A stretch of 64,000 nucleotides of DNA from Candidatus Aenigmatarchaeota archaeon (GTDB lineage: Archaea; Aenigmatarchaeota; Aenigmatarchaeia; GW2011-AR5): positions 192,001 to 256,000 of the forward strand of contig JACPJW010000001.1 in assembly GCA_016187335.1 (NCBI GenBank), read 5' to 3'. Made by a program: the position numbers and the translations under genes. Position 1 is the first letter of the stretch, and each line of letters begins with the position of its first letter. Below the pieces are notes generated by a model. The model made no database searches and was not told the DNA's origin. It saw only the letters and a list, made by a program, of their open reading frames with translations. Positions 18,630 to 29,091 of this stretch are shown here, piece after piece.

Positions 18630-19218
18630 AGTTAGGGCCGGCCTACAGCGGGGCTTAGCCCGGTTGAAACCAGGTTTGACACACCACTAGTGGCCACGAC
18701 TCACTGACCATAGAAAGCCTTTCGACTTGTCGGTCAGTTACGTTTTTGTTAAACAGTCGGGTGGCCCTTGTCACTGCGACCTGCTTGTCCCCAAGCAGGC
18801 ATGCGTTCTACCGAAGATACCGCACTAATTTGCCGAATTCCCTGGGCTGGATTATCTCGAACACCTTCGCCTTCTCGGCGAGGGGCACCTGTGTCGGTTA
18901 TTGGTACGAGCAGCCCACACCGTAACCTGCCTGCTTTTTTAAGAGCTCCGGGAATCGCCCGAACTTCCCTAAAGGGAAGCCGTTCGCATCTTCCTCAGGT
19001 TCTCGCCATGATGACACTCCCCCGAGTTCAATGCTTAAGCATGGCGACGGCCATGCTCAGGATATCCCGAAGCGTTAGCGGCAGGATAAGTATCGGCTGG
19101 TTCCGGAATATTAACCGGATTTCCTTTCCCGCGCGTCTTCCTAAGAGCACGGTTAGGATCGACTGACCCCCAGAAGATAAACTTTACTGGGGAACCCTTG
19201 CCCCTCAGGTGGTAGGGA

Positions 19219-19542
19219 ATTGAGTGCAAGAAGAAGGTGAATTAGCGACTTTCACGAAGTGCTTTAATGAAATAAATACCTAATGTTAATCCGGATACAA
19301 GCTTCGCTGCACCGGTCCAAATAAAAGAAGGGTTACCGGTTGCTCGATAAGCCATAATATCGGTAGCTCCGTCTGCTAAAAGACTTACGCTACCGACTGG
19401 AATTCCTATAGCAGTAACGTATGGATTCATTTCCTGTGAAATTCTTTCAATTCTGTCTGGAGGTTTTTGAAATTCCATATGTCACTACTAATAGATGAGA
19501 ATTTAAAGCCTATCATTCGCTTTTTGGAGCTTCTTCCCGCAT
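19219..19542 (-). mobile_element. 23S intron, 324 nt, carrying a non-nuclease ORF
   Basis: Removal restores GGGCGAGAAUCCCUACC; near-BHB with UGC/GCA outer stem. Confidence 0.8.
19242..19478 (-). CDS. Intron-encoded 78-aa putative membrane peptide
   Basis: Two hydrophobic segments; TTTAAAT ~25 nt upstream of ATG. Confidence 0.65.
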   Translation of the reverse strand: MEFQKPPDRIERISQEMNPYVTAIGIPVGSVSLLADGATDIMAYRATGNPSFIWTGAAKLVSGLTLGIYFIKALRESR

Positions 19543-19729
19543 TTCTCGCCCTACTAATGCTACTCCCACCAGGATCCTCTTTGCTGCAAGGTCCACACTT
19601 CCTCACGGAAACGCTTCTGCCCTCGCAGCACGCCTCCTTACCACTTGCGATTGCTCACAAGTCCGCAGTATCGGTGGTTTCCTTAGCCCCGTCCATTTTC
19701 TCCGCCTTGACTCTCGATGGGTCCGCTAT

Positions 19730-19893
19730 TTCGCGGAAAGCCCCTTTTTCTTGTAAGAAAAAGTCCCTTGGGTTCAAAAAGAACTTTAACTCGCTTCGCT
19801 CGGATATTATTTTTAATAATATAGCGAGCATTAGCGAGCCTTGTGTCTTTCTTTTCCCAAGGGTTTTCTTTCTTCAGAAAGAAAAGGCTTTCT
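19730..19893 (-). other. 23S BHB intron, 164 nt (GTPase-associated centre, ~Ec 1095)
   Basis: CGCG/CGCG helix, GAAAG/CUUUC stem; nested hairpins. Confidence 0.85.
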
Positions 19894-20206
19894 TACGCGT
19901 TGTTTAAATGGTGGCTGCTTCTAAGCCAACATCCCCATTGTCTGAGAATCAGGACCAGATTCAGTGACACTTAGAAAACACTTTGGGACCTTAACTGCAG
20001 TCCGGGTTCGTTCCCTCTCGGATACCAGAATTACTCCGGCACCCTCACTCCCGCTCACGCGATAACGGATTCGGAGTTTGACAAGGCAGGTGGGGATCTC
20101 TCCCCTTGGCTGTCTAATCAGTGCTCTACCCCGTTATCTGCTAAGAGCGAGGCTGTCCTGAGAGACATTTCAGGAGGAACCAGCTATCACCAGATTCGAT
20201 TGGCTT

Positions 20207-20275
20207 TTGGTGTTCGCGAATAGCATACTGAATCTGCGAACAGCAAATTCAGAATAGCTTTAGCTATTCTCGAAT
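20207..20275 (-). other. 23S BHB intron, 69 nt
   Basis: GGUG/CACC helix, UUCG/CGAA stem. Confidence 0.85.
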
Positions 20276-20381
20276 TTCACCCCTAACCCCAGGTCACCCG
20301 AAGGGTTTGGACCACAACCGGTAACAGGCCTCCACCCGCCTTTCGGCAGGCTTCGCCTTGCCCAGGGCTAGATCATCTGGT

Positions 20382-21284
20382 CGCCCGGTCAGAGAATGAG
20401 TTTTATGAGGTTTGTATGAATATCAGATTTTGTTTTGCCCAATTCGCTTGGCTTTAAGCCATATGAATTGGCAGCGAATTTCAGAAGTTGTGATTTTGGA
20501 ATTCCCTTCCATAATCCATTTCCGCTAATTTTCACGCCTTCAACAAAGCCGATTTCCCTTTCAAATTTCTTTATGTTCTCAGGTTTTCTAAGCAACACTG
20601 CATCTTTCAGCATTGTTGGCTTGTACCCAAGTTTTTCAAGCAACCCGAAGTATTGTTTCCTAAGATTTGGATGTTCTGAATAAAGTTTTACGCATCTGTC
20701 GAAACGGAAACCGTATCTTGCCTTTCCGATATTGAAGATTACAGTTCCATCTCCGGTGAATGCGTATCTTAGAAATTGCTTTCCGAGTTCAGAGTTGCTT
20801 AAGATGAACTCCGGAATTATTGTTCCCGGATATTTGTTTTCTGCTTTGTTGTAGGCGAGCGTTCTGTAAGACGGCGAATAACTAATGAGCTCTGCGGCAG
20901 CCTTTCTGCTTATTCCACTCTTGACTTCCCATGAACCTTTGTAGATTCTTTTTCGAAGTTTAAGATGGAAAATCTCGAAGATGAGCCTTTCAAATTCCGC
21001 AACAAGTTCATTGGAGTTAGAAGTGAAAGAAATACTCCATAATCCCGATTTCTTGTTGCACCAAAGGCTGCCGTCTGTAATCAGAAGCCCTATTAGTTGA
21101 GCCATCTTGCCTTGTCTTTCATCAATCTCATTAATTTCGGTTTTGCCGAAATTTTGATTAATGAAATTTAATTTCATGCTTGTTATTAAGGCGAAGCGGG
21201 CTTATCTTGCTTTCGTGTCGAAGACCGAAAGAAAGAATATGTCCCGCTGAGCCAGATAACAAACCTCTAACTCACTCCCCGACT
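20382..21284 (-). mobile_element. 23S BHB intron, 903 nt, with homing endonuclease gene
   Basis: CCCG/CGGG helix, GUCGG/CUGAC stem. Confidence 0.9.
20389..21177 (-). CDS. Two-motif LAGLIDADG homing endonuclease
   Basis: LIGLLITDGSL and FLRYAFTGDGTV. Confidence 0.9.
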   Translation of the reverse strand: MKLNFINQNFGKTEINEIDERQGKMAQLIGLLITDGSLWCNKKSGLWSISFTSNSNELVAEFERLIFEIFHLKLRKRIYKGSWEVKSGISRKAAAELISYSPSYRTLAYNKAENKYPGTIIPEFILSNSELGKQFLRYAFTGDGTVIFNIGKARYGFRFDRCVKLYSEHPNLRKQYFGLLEKLGYKPTMLKDAVLLRKPENIKKFEREIGFVEGVKISGNGLWKGIPKSQLLKFAANSYGLKPSELGKTKSDIHTNLIKLIL

Positions 21285-22574
21285 TTCGGGTCTTATTCCA
21301 GTGACTTCCGCGCTTTCACACGGGGCGCCTCGCTGCCTGCGCGCGCTCGCTTTCGCTGCGGTTCCCTTAGTTAACCTTGCCACTAGAATAAACTCCCTGG
21401 CCCGTTTTTCAAAACGGACACCGCTTTTGTTTCTCTTGCGAGAACGTTAGGCGGCTAACTGTAGCTGCCAGGTTTCAGGTTCTTTTCAGCACCTATTACG
21501 GTTGCTTTTCAGCTTTCCGTCGCCGTACTAATGCGCTATCGGACTTGACGAATATTTAGGATTGGGTCTGAATGCGACCCGCGTTCCGACTCCAAATCCG
21601 AGGAATCGTACTCTGGATACCCGCCGTTGCACTTCCTGCCTTCCCTTACGCGGCTATCACGCTGTGTCGCGCCCCTTTCCAGGGGTCTTCGGGTCAGCAG
21701 GCAAGAGCAGGCACGGGTCCAAACACCACATTGCCCCGCACTCGTCGCGCAGGGCTTCGGTTTGTCCTGTTCCCTTTTCACTCGCCGTTACTGGGGGAAT
21801 CGAATTTCTTTCTTTTCCTGCCCTTACTAAAATGTTTTAATTTTGGGCGTTCGCCCTTCAGAACAGACTTCCGCATCTTTCAGATGCGGGATTTATCTCT
21901 GAAGTTGATGCCTATCGGCATTGGGCAATCTCCGGTTCAAAGGCTGCATGCGCCTACCCGGAGCTTATCGCAGCTTGCCACAACCTTCGTCGCATGTCAA
22001 GCCAGGCCATCCTCCTGACAGCTTGGGAGCTAGCTATCTTCTTTCCTAAGGCGTTCGCCGCTAACAAAGCTACACTTTAGGCATAGCTTTGCAAACGGCT
22101 AACTATTGCTCCAGCCTCGACCTGTGACTGCATCATATGCGTGAATAATCAGTATAATTATTTCGCTCTGCATTTCACCAATCAGCACGCTGACCGGCTC
22201 ATGAAATGAAAGGCAGACTCTGCTTTGAAACAAAATCCGCCGTTTTTATCAAATGGAAAGCCAAGTTCGCACGTTTTCCTGGATTGGCATGCAAACCTCT
22301 GATTTCCTTTCTGCTTTGGCAAACCGTTTTGGTACAACTTTTTTGAAAAGTTGTTCAGAGAAAGAACAGCATAGCGTCACGGCACAAAACGAGATAATTC
22401 TGCGCCACCTACACTGCAACCCGCACGCCCTGTCACGGCGCACAAAGCCACTCTGAACAGCTTCGGTTAACCAATCAACATGAATGTAAATTTTGAACTT
22501 TTCCCTTTTGAAGTTCTACAAATAGCGCAGGATTCCTGACCCTGACACGGTAACCTACATTATACAATATCAAA

Positions 22575-22592
22575 TATTAAAAGATTTTTTCG
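22575..22592 (-). promoter_or_regulatory. BRE/TATA promoter of 23S
   Basis: Minus-strand CGAAAAAATC-TTTTAATA; same TATA as upstream of 16S. Confidence 0.65.
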
Positions 22593-22628
22593 TAGATTCG
22601 TGGGTTAAATTAAACTACAGAAGAAGAA

Positions 22629-22880
22629 TCATTTGCCGGAAATTATGTACGCTAAATATCTTCCCGGACTTGTTGTAACATGAAATATTTCGCCCCCTGC
22701 CGGCCCGAAAGTATCATGACTGTATGTTCTTAACGTATCTTCTATGAGAGTTCTGTCTGCTCCTTTGCTTGCTAAAGGATAAACGAGCGCCGCCGCGCCT
22801 AAATTTATTACGATAAGCCCTGTGAGTATCCCTTTGGCAGCGCCTCTAGCAGCACTGCCTGCAAAACGTTGTAAAGACAT
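22629..22880 (-). CDS. Hypothetical membrane peptide, probably leaderless
   Basis: One TM; CGAAAG-TATATAA ~24 nt upstream. Confidence 0.6.
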   Translation of the reverse strand: MSLQRFAGSAARGAAKGILTGLIVINLGAAALVYPLASKGADRTLIEDTLRTYSHDTFGPAGGEIFHVTTSPGRYLAYIISGK

Positions 22881-22963
22881 AGTTACTTATAAGTAATTAC
22901 ATATTTATATACTTTCGCATTGTTCGCCCGTGATTATAAATATCCCTTCGCCGAAATAAATTC

Positions 22964-23203
22964 ATGCCCCGCATCGGCGAAGGCTTCGGCACTATCAACG
23001 CGTTCCTGCTCACCCTGCTGATTATATTGGGAGTCTCTTTCTTCCTTATTCTTCTCGGGCTTGTTTATTTTGTCATAAACCTGTGGATAGTAAAATTCGG
23101 CTCAGCGTTGCTGGGATACAGCCCTGACAGCAACTTCGCGATTCTTGCCGCGGCTCTGCTCACCGTCGCAGGCATTGTTGGCGGCACTTGGATGAGAAGA
23201 TAA
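22964..23203 (+). CDS. Small two-TM membrane protein
   Basis: Hydrophobic profile. Confidence 0.7.
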   Translation: MPRIGEGFGTINAFLLTLLIILGVSFFLILLGLVYFVINLWIVKFGSALLGYSPDSNFAILAAALLTVAGIVGGTWMRR

Positions 23204-23279
23204 TGTTAGATATTGCTGACAATTCAGTCTCAAAATCCATTAAGAATTTCTTCAGGAAGCGAGAAGAAGGAAGGATGAA

Positions 23280-23768
23280 TTATCTCACTTGTACTCGTCT
23301 TTCATAGTACGGGGCGTAGCCGAATTCAAGGTGTCTTAACAAATCGCACGGATTCGTCAAAACAGACTTGTCGTCAATCCTTGTGGTTGAACTCAACATA
23401 ACACCTTTGCGTCTTGGATCCTCCCAAGTTCTGTTCAGGGACGGAACATAAATCAGGAATGGATGAATTTCCTTAGCATGAAACTCATATCTTCTTCCTG
23501 CAATTGTTCCGTATTGAATGTGATTAAGATAATAAAGAAAGGTATCAGGTCTTCCAACTATCGGGTAGTAGAGATCGTAACCCTCCACCTCTAGGTACCT
23601 CTCCCCATCGCTTATAGACTTCGGAGGACATCGTCTGTCAAACGTTCTAGCTATCACAGGATTGGATTCCTTGTAAGGCGGTGTCTTAGCATGATCGGCA
23701 GAAACAGGACCTGCCATCAAGAGCAGAGATGATAATAACAATCCGAATTTCGCTAATCTGCTAGTCAT
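23280..23768 (-). CDS. Hypothetical secreted protein
   Basis: Signal peptide MTSRLAKFGLLLSSLLLMAGPVSA. Confidence 0.65.
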   Translation of the reverse strand: MTSRLAKFGLLLSSLLLMAGPVSADHAKTPPYKESNPVIARTFDRRCPPKSISDGERYLEVEGYDLYYPIVGRPDTFLYYLNHIQYGTIAGRRYEFHAKEIHPFLIYVPSLNRTWEDPRRKGVMLSSTTRIDDKSVLTNPCDLLRHLEFGYAPYYERRVQVR

Positions 23769-24045
23769 ACAATCCTCCTCTCATAATATCGAACACAATC
23801 AGCAGCAGCCCGAGAAACAAAATCACGTTGCCGTACAAATCCCACGGCTTCGGGAACGTCTGCGTCAGCGCCGTTGCTTTAAGCATTCCTCCAATTACGG
23901 CAGCCACAACGCCCGCGGCAGCCACGGGATATTTCTGCTTTTTTTTCTTGGCCCAGTTGAAGCAGTTTTTGCATTTCAGGGAGATGGCATTCCCAAGGCC
24001 GAGTTCGAGGGTGCCGGCGTCCTTGCTGCGTTTTTTCCGTGCCAT
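23761..24045 (-). CDS. Small membrane protein
   Basis: Basic N-terminus, two TM helices. Confidence 0.65.
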   Translation of the reverse strand: MARKKRSKDAGTLELGLGNAISLKCKNCFNWAKKKKQKYPVAAAGVVAAVIGGMLKATALTQTFPKPWDLYGNVILFLGLLLIVFDIMRGGLYD

Positions 24046-24079
24046 AAGAAAAATTGGGAAAAGCGGGATATAAAGTTGA

Positions 24080-25057
24080 TTATTTTGCCGGCTCCGCGTA
24101 GCGGATATATATTTCGAAGAACTTCCTGAAAGTATCCTTGAAATGCCGCAGCATGAGCCGCTTCAATTTGTCCTCATGCCCGTTGTCAAATGCCGTAAGA
24201 GCCGACATATAAGCGCGCCGCGATGTTTTTCTGATAATAAGCGGCGGATAGCCGCTGTTTACAAGAATCACGTTTATCAGGAATCTCCCGACCCGGCCGT
24301 TGCCGTCCTCAAAGGGATGTATTTTCTCGAAACGTCCGTGAAAAATCGCGGCTTTCTCCAGAGGATGAAGCCCTGAATTGTTGTACCATTCAATCAGTTT
24401 TCCCATTTCCTTTTCCACGTCTTCCGGCGGGGTTGTGGGGACTTCCCTTTCTGCCCGGAAAATAACATTCGGTATCCTCTTGTAGCCGGTCCTTGTGTCT
24501 ATGTCTCTCATAAGGATTCTATGCATCCTTATGATGTCCTTCTGGGTTATCCCTAATTTCCGCCTCATTATAAGCTCGACGACGGCTCTGGAATTTCTTG
24601 TTTCGTATATCTCGCGCAGCGGCTTCCCGGGCACTGTCTCCTTTTCGAACATCACTATGGCGACGTCTTTCAGCGTCAGCGAATTGCCCTCTATTGCATT
24701 GGAATCGTAAGTGAAGTTGGCCGTGAACCGGTCAAGAATATCCTTTTTGCGTGCCTTGTCCAGTTTTTTGAGCAGCCTTGCGTAGCCAACCCCGGCGGCT
24801 TCTATCTTCCTCATCTCTTCGCTGGAAAAAATATAGCTGCCATTGTAATGCTTCGTTGCCCACTTTCCTGCCATATCCTTTTCCTTTTCGGAAAGGAAGG
24901 CGCTGTATTTCCTTGCCAGCGCACCGGAACCCTTCCTCTCGTCACCTTCCTCCAGGCGCTTTGTTATGGTCGTCACGGTGCCGTCGGGAAGCCGTATGGA
25001 GTGCGCCAGGTACGCGTATTTTCTTCCGCCTATCCTCTTCCATGAAACCCTGACCAT
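24080..25057 (-). CDS. Fic-domain protein
   Basis: HPFEDGNGRVGR Fic motif; SNAIEGN. Confidence 0.92.
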   Translation of the reverse strand: MVRVSWKRIGGRKYAYLAHSIRLPDGTVTTITKRLEEGDERKGSGALARKYSAFLSEKEKDMAGKWATKHYNGSYIFSSEEMRKIEAAGVGYARLLKKLDKARKKDILDRFTANFTYDSNAIEGNSLTLKDVAIVMFEKETVPGKPLREIYETRNSRAVVELIMRRKLGITQKDIIRMHRILMRDIDTRTGYKRIPNVIFRAEREVPTTPPEDVEKEMGKLIEWYNNSGLHPLEKAAIFHGRFEKIHPFEDGNGRVGRFLINVILVNSGYPPLIIRKTSRRAYMSALTAFDNGHEDKLKRLMLRHFKDTFRKFFEIYIRYAEPAK

Positions 25058-25273
25058 AAGGTGTCTTAACCTTACAAATATTTAAGCTTATCTATTTTTG
25101 TAAGGTTAATCAACAGAATAGGCCGCGGCTCCCTTCAGGCGCGAATCTCCTTTCAGGACAGAAAACGCTTGCCGTTCCTCCGGCGGGAAGATGCCGGCTT
25201 CCTTCACCGTTTCTGCGCTTCCTGGGCGCACGGGAGGGCATATGAAAAATATGGAAGGGGTGGGGTATAAAGG

Positions 25274-27265
25274 TTAGCGCGTGGCAAAGAATTTTCTTAT
25301 CTCCAATTCAGGTCTTTCTGTGACGACAAAATCCCAGTTTCGTGGAAACATATTCCTAAATCTTCTCGAATTGAGTCTTTTGTCGCCGAAGACGCATATG
25401 CCTATATCTCTTTCTGTCCTTATGCATCTTCCAGCTGCCTGCACAACCTTCCTCATTGCAGGATAAAAGTATCCATAATCCATGCCTTTTTTGAAGCGCT
25501 GCTCATAATAATCAATAAGCGCCTGCGAAGCTAAACTCGGTTTTTCCAATGGTATCCCTATTGTTATGACACCATTGAGCTTGTCACCAGGAAGGTCTAT
25601 ACCTTCACTAAAAGAGCCTGCTAAAACTCCGAACAAAACAGCACCTTTTTCATATTGCGCGGCAAATTCTTCTTGAAGCTTCTTTCTCTCTTCCTTTGTT
25701 GCGCCTTGCACTTCAACAAACATAGGCTTCTGTATATTTTCCTTGGATATTGCGTATATCTCTTTCATAATCTTATAGCTCGGAAAAAATACTGCAACAT
25801 TGCCTTTTATCGCTGCCGTGCATAATACCACAGTTCTGGCTATGCGTGCATAATTTTCAGGGGTTCGTTCAGTGTACTTGGTCGTAATTTCAGTTGTAAT
25901 AATGTTCATCCTATTTTCTTTTGGAAAGGGTGACGGGTAACTTTTTAAGTCGGTCCTTTCTTCTTCCATGCCAAGAAGATCCCTGTACATTTCCATAGGG
26001 GACAAAGTTCCGGACATAAGTATTGTTGAATAAGATTGCGATATTATGTTTTTCGAAGCAACAGAAGGATCCATGCAGTTATAGAAAACGGATATATGAT
26101 CCTTACCGAATATTCTTTCTCTGGAGACTATTCTAGCGTATCCGTAGTCATCACCCAGCCAGTTCTCAAGAAATGTGACTATCTTTTCAATGAATGACTT
26201 CCTTTTGTCTTCCAGAACTTTTTGGCATGCTCTTGAGAGCGAAACCACTGCGGCTTTATAACCGCACAGTTTCTCTATCCTTTCTACGATATCGCTTTTC
26301 TGGATAAAGGATTCATTCGCTGCAAGAAGTTTTTGCTTTGCCAGGGATTTTACAACGTCTTCTATGCAATCGAGGTAGTCCTTGACATGTAGCCCAAATC
26401 TATCGCTCTCCCTCTTCGCAAGTTCTATTGTCCGCGTTGATATCTTTGACGACAGATTTTTTCTTATCCGGTCTGGCAGATTATGAGCCTCATCAACGAT
26501 TATTATGGAATTTTCCAGTGACTTGTTAAGTCTTTTGAAAAATTTCCTTTCATTTGATGAGAATATATGAAAATAATCCGCCACTATTACGACACTCTTT
26601 TTTGCCGCCTCCATCAGAAGTTCGTAAGTGCAATAAGTGTGCCCCGCAAGTTTCTTGGCGTCCTCGGAATGCAGCGGTTTATTTCCGATCTGAATTATCA
26701 TCTGCTGGGCGCCGTAAGTTACCTCCTTGACCCTGAAATTATTGTAATACTTGCACTGCCTATTGCTTACCATGCCATGGCAGAAATTGGAGAACATCGT
26801 GCTGTCAAAATCCTGGACATCATGAGAGCAAAGCCATTTCTTGCCGATTATATCGACGGCTGGAATGCCAAGCTGCTGCATGGTCTCTATTGCCATCTTG
26901 TGCTGGCTGAGCCTTGATGTAAGAAAAAAAACAGTTTTGCCGTTTTCTTGGGCATATTCAACTGCGGGAAACAGGGAAGCTATGGTTTTTCCCAGCCCTG
27001 TGGGAGCGTCAGCGATAAGGTGCCTTCTTTCTTGCAATGCCATTTTTACGTCACTAATCATTTCTTGCTGCGAGGGCCTTACAGACAAATAAGGAAATGA
27101 CATTAACTTGTGCTCTGATGGAATATTCGGTTCAACTTGCAGTTCTTTTACAGCTTGTTCTTCCCCTGCTTTCCTAGTCATATTGCACGGGAGGCAGAAG
27201 CCTTTATGTCGAATGGGCCTTCCGCATGACTGGCAGTTAAGCAGCTTTTCTACGCTATCATCCAT
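25274..27265 (-). CDS. xpd: XPD/Rad3/DinG-family ATP-dependent DNA helicase
   Basis: APTGLGKT, Fe-S cysteines, DEAHN, SGTL, QAAGRCIR. Confidence 0.9.
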   Translation of the reverse strand: MDDSVEKLLNCQSCGRPIRHKGFCLPCNMTRKAGEEQAVKELQVEPNIPSEHKLMSFPYLSVRPSQQEMISDVKMALQERRHLIADAPTGLGKTIASLFPAVEYAQENGKTVFFLTSRLSQHKMAIETMQQLGIPAVDIIGKKWLCSHDVQDFDSTMFSNFCHGMVSNRQCKYYNNFRVKEVTYGAQQMIIQIGNKPLHSEDAKKLAGHTYCTYELLMEAAKKSVVIVADYFHIFSSNERKFFKRLNKSLENSIIIVDEAHNLPDRIRKNLSSKISTRTIELAKRESDRFGLHVKDYLDCIEDVVKSLAKQKLLAANESFIQKSDIVERIEKLCGYKAAVVSLSRACQKVLEDKRKSFIEKIVTFLENWLGDDYGYARIVSRERIFGKDHISVFYNCMDPSVASKNIISQSYSTILMSGTLSPMEMYRDLLGMEEERTDLKSYPSPFPKENRMNIITTEITTKYTERTPENYARIARTVVLCTAAIKGNVAVFFPSYKIMKEIYAISKENIQKPMFVEVQGATKEERKKLQEEFAAQYEKGAVLFGVLAGSFSEGIDLPGDKLNGVITIGIPLEKPSLASQALIDYYEQRFKKGMDYGYFYPAMRKVVQAAGRCIRTERDIGICVFGDKRLNSRRFRNMFPRNWDFVVTERPELEIRKFFATR

Positions 27266-27298
27266 TATCTGTATTTCGGATAAATTCTTTAAATAGAA

Positions 27299-28195
27299 TT
27301 GAGGGAAAATTTCTGTATGTCTATGAATTCTTTCTGGCGCAGCAAGTTCGCATGGTCAAATTCGCGCCATAACCAGTGGGCAGAATGCAAAAAACAGTAT
27401 TACTTTAATAATATCAAGAAGTACGATGGTCTACCGAATGATCCCGGCCGGGAACTGCTGTGGCGGCTTTCAGAACTGCAGAAAATGCCTTTTTTGAAAG
27501 GCCGCCTGATTCACGAAGCCGTAAAGCACCAGATTTCCAACCACAACGCAGGGCGCGGCGTGGATGCAGATATCGCGAAAAATTTTTTCCTGTCGCAGTT
27601 TGACAGCACTGTAAAAGACATGAACCTTGTTATAACAGAAGCCGCAAACGGCTTTCCTCCGGGCGAAAAAGAAATAAACGATATAAGAAAGGACGGAATA
27701 AAACAGATAGAAAATTTCTGCAACATAATATGGAATAATTACAAAGGCGTCAGGTGCCTTGGCCACGAAAAGAACGAGGAATTTTTTCTTGACGGCATAA
27801 AAGTAAGAATAAAATATGACCTTCTCACGGAAAAGGACGGGATGCATGTCATTACGGACTGGAAAACCGGGAGTTCCGGCTTTGACGACGTAGATGAAAA
27901 TATCCAGATAGGCACTTATTTTACCTGGCTGAATAAAACAAATGGAATTTCCGCCGGCATGATAAAGGGCGAAGTCGTGTACCTGAAGTCGTGCGACACT
28001 GAGATAGCGGAAAAAACCGATGCCGACATTAAGAAAATCGAGGAGTTTATCAAGAAAGACTCGGCGGAAATGCTGTCGGTAAGAAGCGAAGAGGACTTCC
28101 CTGCATCTCCAGAACCGAAAAGATGCATCGGGTGCAATTTCCTTTCCGTATGCAAGGAAGGGAAAGAAGTCATTAGTTCTTTAAAGAGCCAATAA
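27299..28195 (+). CDS. PD-(D/E)XK nuclease (AddB/Cas4-like)
   Basis: KYDLL..ITDWKTG, QIGTY, CIGCNFLSVC. Confidence 0.85.
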   Translation: MRENFCMSMNSFWRSKFAWSNSRHNQWAECKKQYYFNNIKKYDGLPNDPGRELLWRLSELQKMPFLKGRLIHEAVKHQISNHNAGRGVDADIAKNFFLSQFDSTVKDMNLVITEAANGFPPGEKEINDIRKDGIKQIENFCNIIWNNYKGVRCLGHEKNEEFFLDGIKVRIKYDLLTEKDGMHVITDWKTGSSGFDDVDENIQIGTYFTWLNKTNGISAGMIKGEVVYLKSCDTEIAEKTDADIKKIEEFIKKDSAEMLSVRSEEDFPASPEPKRCIGCNFLSVCKEGKEVISSLKSQ

Positions 28196-28351
28196 ATGGC
28201 ACAATACTGCAGGTTTTTACTTCCCCATGATTTCCAGACCAGTAAAATTCACTTTTTGGTTGTAGTATAAAACCTTTAAAAGATTGCCCCAGAAAAGAAT
28301 ACTAGATATGACCCCCAGTCTTGCACCCTCTTCGGAGGGGCGACACTGGGC

Positions 28352-28903
28352 TTATTTTCTTTCCTTTATGCATTTCATTACGACTTCATCCATAAGAACT
28401 GAAGAACTGCATACCTTTCTGAGAAAGTTGGATCTGCTGACCAAAAAATACGCGTTTTCCACTTTCTTGCCTAATTTTTGCACTTTTCTAATAGCAGGGA
28501 CAAAATCACCGTCACCGCTTACAAGAATAGCAGTATCATATTTATTTTCGTAAGCGAAAGATAGCATGTCGGTAGCTATGTATATGTCATCTCCTTTGAC
28601 CGAAAATTCAATAGTCCCGTCGGGTCTGTGTGTTTTTCTCATATTAGCCAATATAACATGAAAATCCGGTATTTTCCTTAATTCGGAGAAGAATCGTTGC
28701 TGCTTCCAGTAAACATCCTCATTATAACCGCGATCCAAGGGTGCATTGTAGTAGTAAGTGCCTATTAGCAGACGTTCTTTCCGTAATATTTCTATTAGCT
28801 TTGAAAAATCTATTTCGTTGTCGTGAAGAGAAAAGGTATCTTTCACACTATGATAGAAGTTGCTGCCGTCAATAAAAATTACTATCCGCTCTTGATTTGT
28901 CAT
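28352..28903 (-). CDS. NYN-domain (PIN-like) RNase
   Basis: IFIDGSNF, KGDD, SGDGDF. Confidence 0.9.
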   Translation of the reverse strand: MTNQERIVIFIDGSNFYHSVKDTFSLHDNEIDFSKLIEILRKERLLIGTYYYNAPLDRGYNEDVYWKQQRFFSELRKIPDFHVILANMRKTHRPDGTIEFSVKGDDIYIATDMLSFAYENKYDTAILVSGDGDFVPAIRKVQKLGKKVENAYFLVSRSNFLRKVCSSSVLMDEVVMKCIKERK

Positions 28904-28948
28904 TGCTTATCCTTATAGAATTACAACTATAAAATTTATAGTTATTAT

Positions 28949-29056
28949 TTCCCCATCATCTTCCTGTAGAACTCTTCGTCTTCACATCCTCGGCCCTTCT
29001 TTCATGGCCTTGATGCCTTTGACATCGCTTGCTTGAAAAACAGGGCAGCGGCAGCA
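28949..29056. repeat. Imperfect direct repeat, copy 1
   Basis: ttccccatcatcttcctgtagaa...ttctttcatggccttgatgcctttgacatcgcttgcttgaaaaaca shared with 31150-31260. Confidence 0.9.
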
Positions 29057-29091
29057 GACGGCAGGAGCCATTTTCTGCTCAAGAGCGGCTT

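Larger units (their letters stand above)
16278..22034 (-). rRNA. rrl: 23S rRNA interrupted by ~12 introns (mature ~2900 nt)
   Basis: SRL AGUACGAAAGGAAC, P-loop CUGGGGCGG, PTC segments and GTPase centre recognised; inserts total ~2854 nt. Confidence 0.97.

Noticed and set aside
16908-21284. Group I/II self-splicing introns
   Set aside because: Boundaries fit BHB motifs; no group I core or RT/maturase signature seen
21846-21905. Hairpin expansion near the 23S 5' end (cgcatc-tttca-gatgcg)
   Set aside because: No convincing BHB; treated as a variable-region expansion and not counted as an intron
16073-22456. Numerous short ORF calls across the 23S region (and 47474-51138 across 16S)
   Set aside because: They overlap rRNA exons; only the five intron ORFs have protein-like motifs or composition
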